The notes under the pieces: generated by a model
Told to the model about the DNA's origin: nothing
Databases searched by the model: none
What the model saw: only the letters and a program-made list of their open reading frames with translations
Part shown: positions 63,983-64,000 of the stretch, piece after piece
How the letters are laid out: each line of letters starts with the position of its first letter
How positions within the stretch are numbered: position 1 is the first letter of the stretch
Program-made: the position numbers and the translations under genes
Source of the DNA: Christensenella sp.
GTDB lineage: Bacteria > Bacillota > Clostridia > Christensenellales > CAG-138
Reading direction: 5' to 3'
NCBI GenBank assembly: GCA_034926785.1
Contig: JAYFQU010000009.1
Coordinates: 118-64,117, forward strand
Length of the DNA stretch: 64,000 nt

Positions 63983-64000
63983 ACAAACGGCTTGATGAAG

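Overview
This 64-kb window looks like core chromosome from a high-GC Gram-positive anaerobe of the Clostridia type. That assignment is an inference from sigH, a SpoIID/LytB gene, three T-box leaders, a CIRCE operator, a ydaO-type riboswitch and ECF transporters. I can support about 55 protein genes, mostly housekeeping (nadD-yqeK, rsfS, ftsH, htpG, leuA, mrnC-rlmB-sigH, ispE, rlmH, dapB, thrS) and cell envelope (HtrA, SpoIID/LytB with SH3b repeats, an M23-like protein, an O-antigen-ligase-like protein, SanA, a WecE-like aminotransferase, large surface proteins). There is also a nucleoside salvage locus: BMP-type ABC importer, two nucleoside hydrolases, a uridine phosphorylase-like gene and ribokinase. 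I saw no rRNA, tRNA, CRISPR array, transposase, integrase or recognisable defence genes. Many long ORFs in the six-frame track are antisense artefacts of the high GC content. Five things deserve a second look. (1) Two families of about 150-195-nt intergenic repeat elements always begin at the base directly 3' of a stem-loop, and in two cases they are flanked by a duplicated copy of the host terminator hairpin. (2) A GntR-linked cluster places two DUF62 (SAM hydroxide adenosyltransferase family) paralogs around a dedicated ECF transporter of unknown substrate. (3) A T-box leader whose best-fitting specifier is UAC (Tyr) sits in front of a tyrosine phenol-lyase/tryptophanase-family gene. (4) A c-di-AMP (ydaO-type) riboswitch sits in front of dapB. 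(5) A perfect CIRCE operator sits in front of htpG. All coordinates for RNA elements, promoters and repeat ends are hand-derived and approximate.
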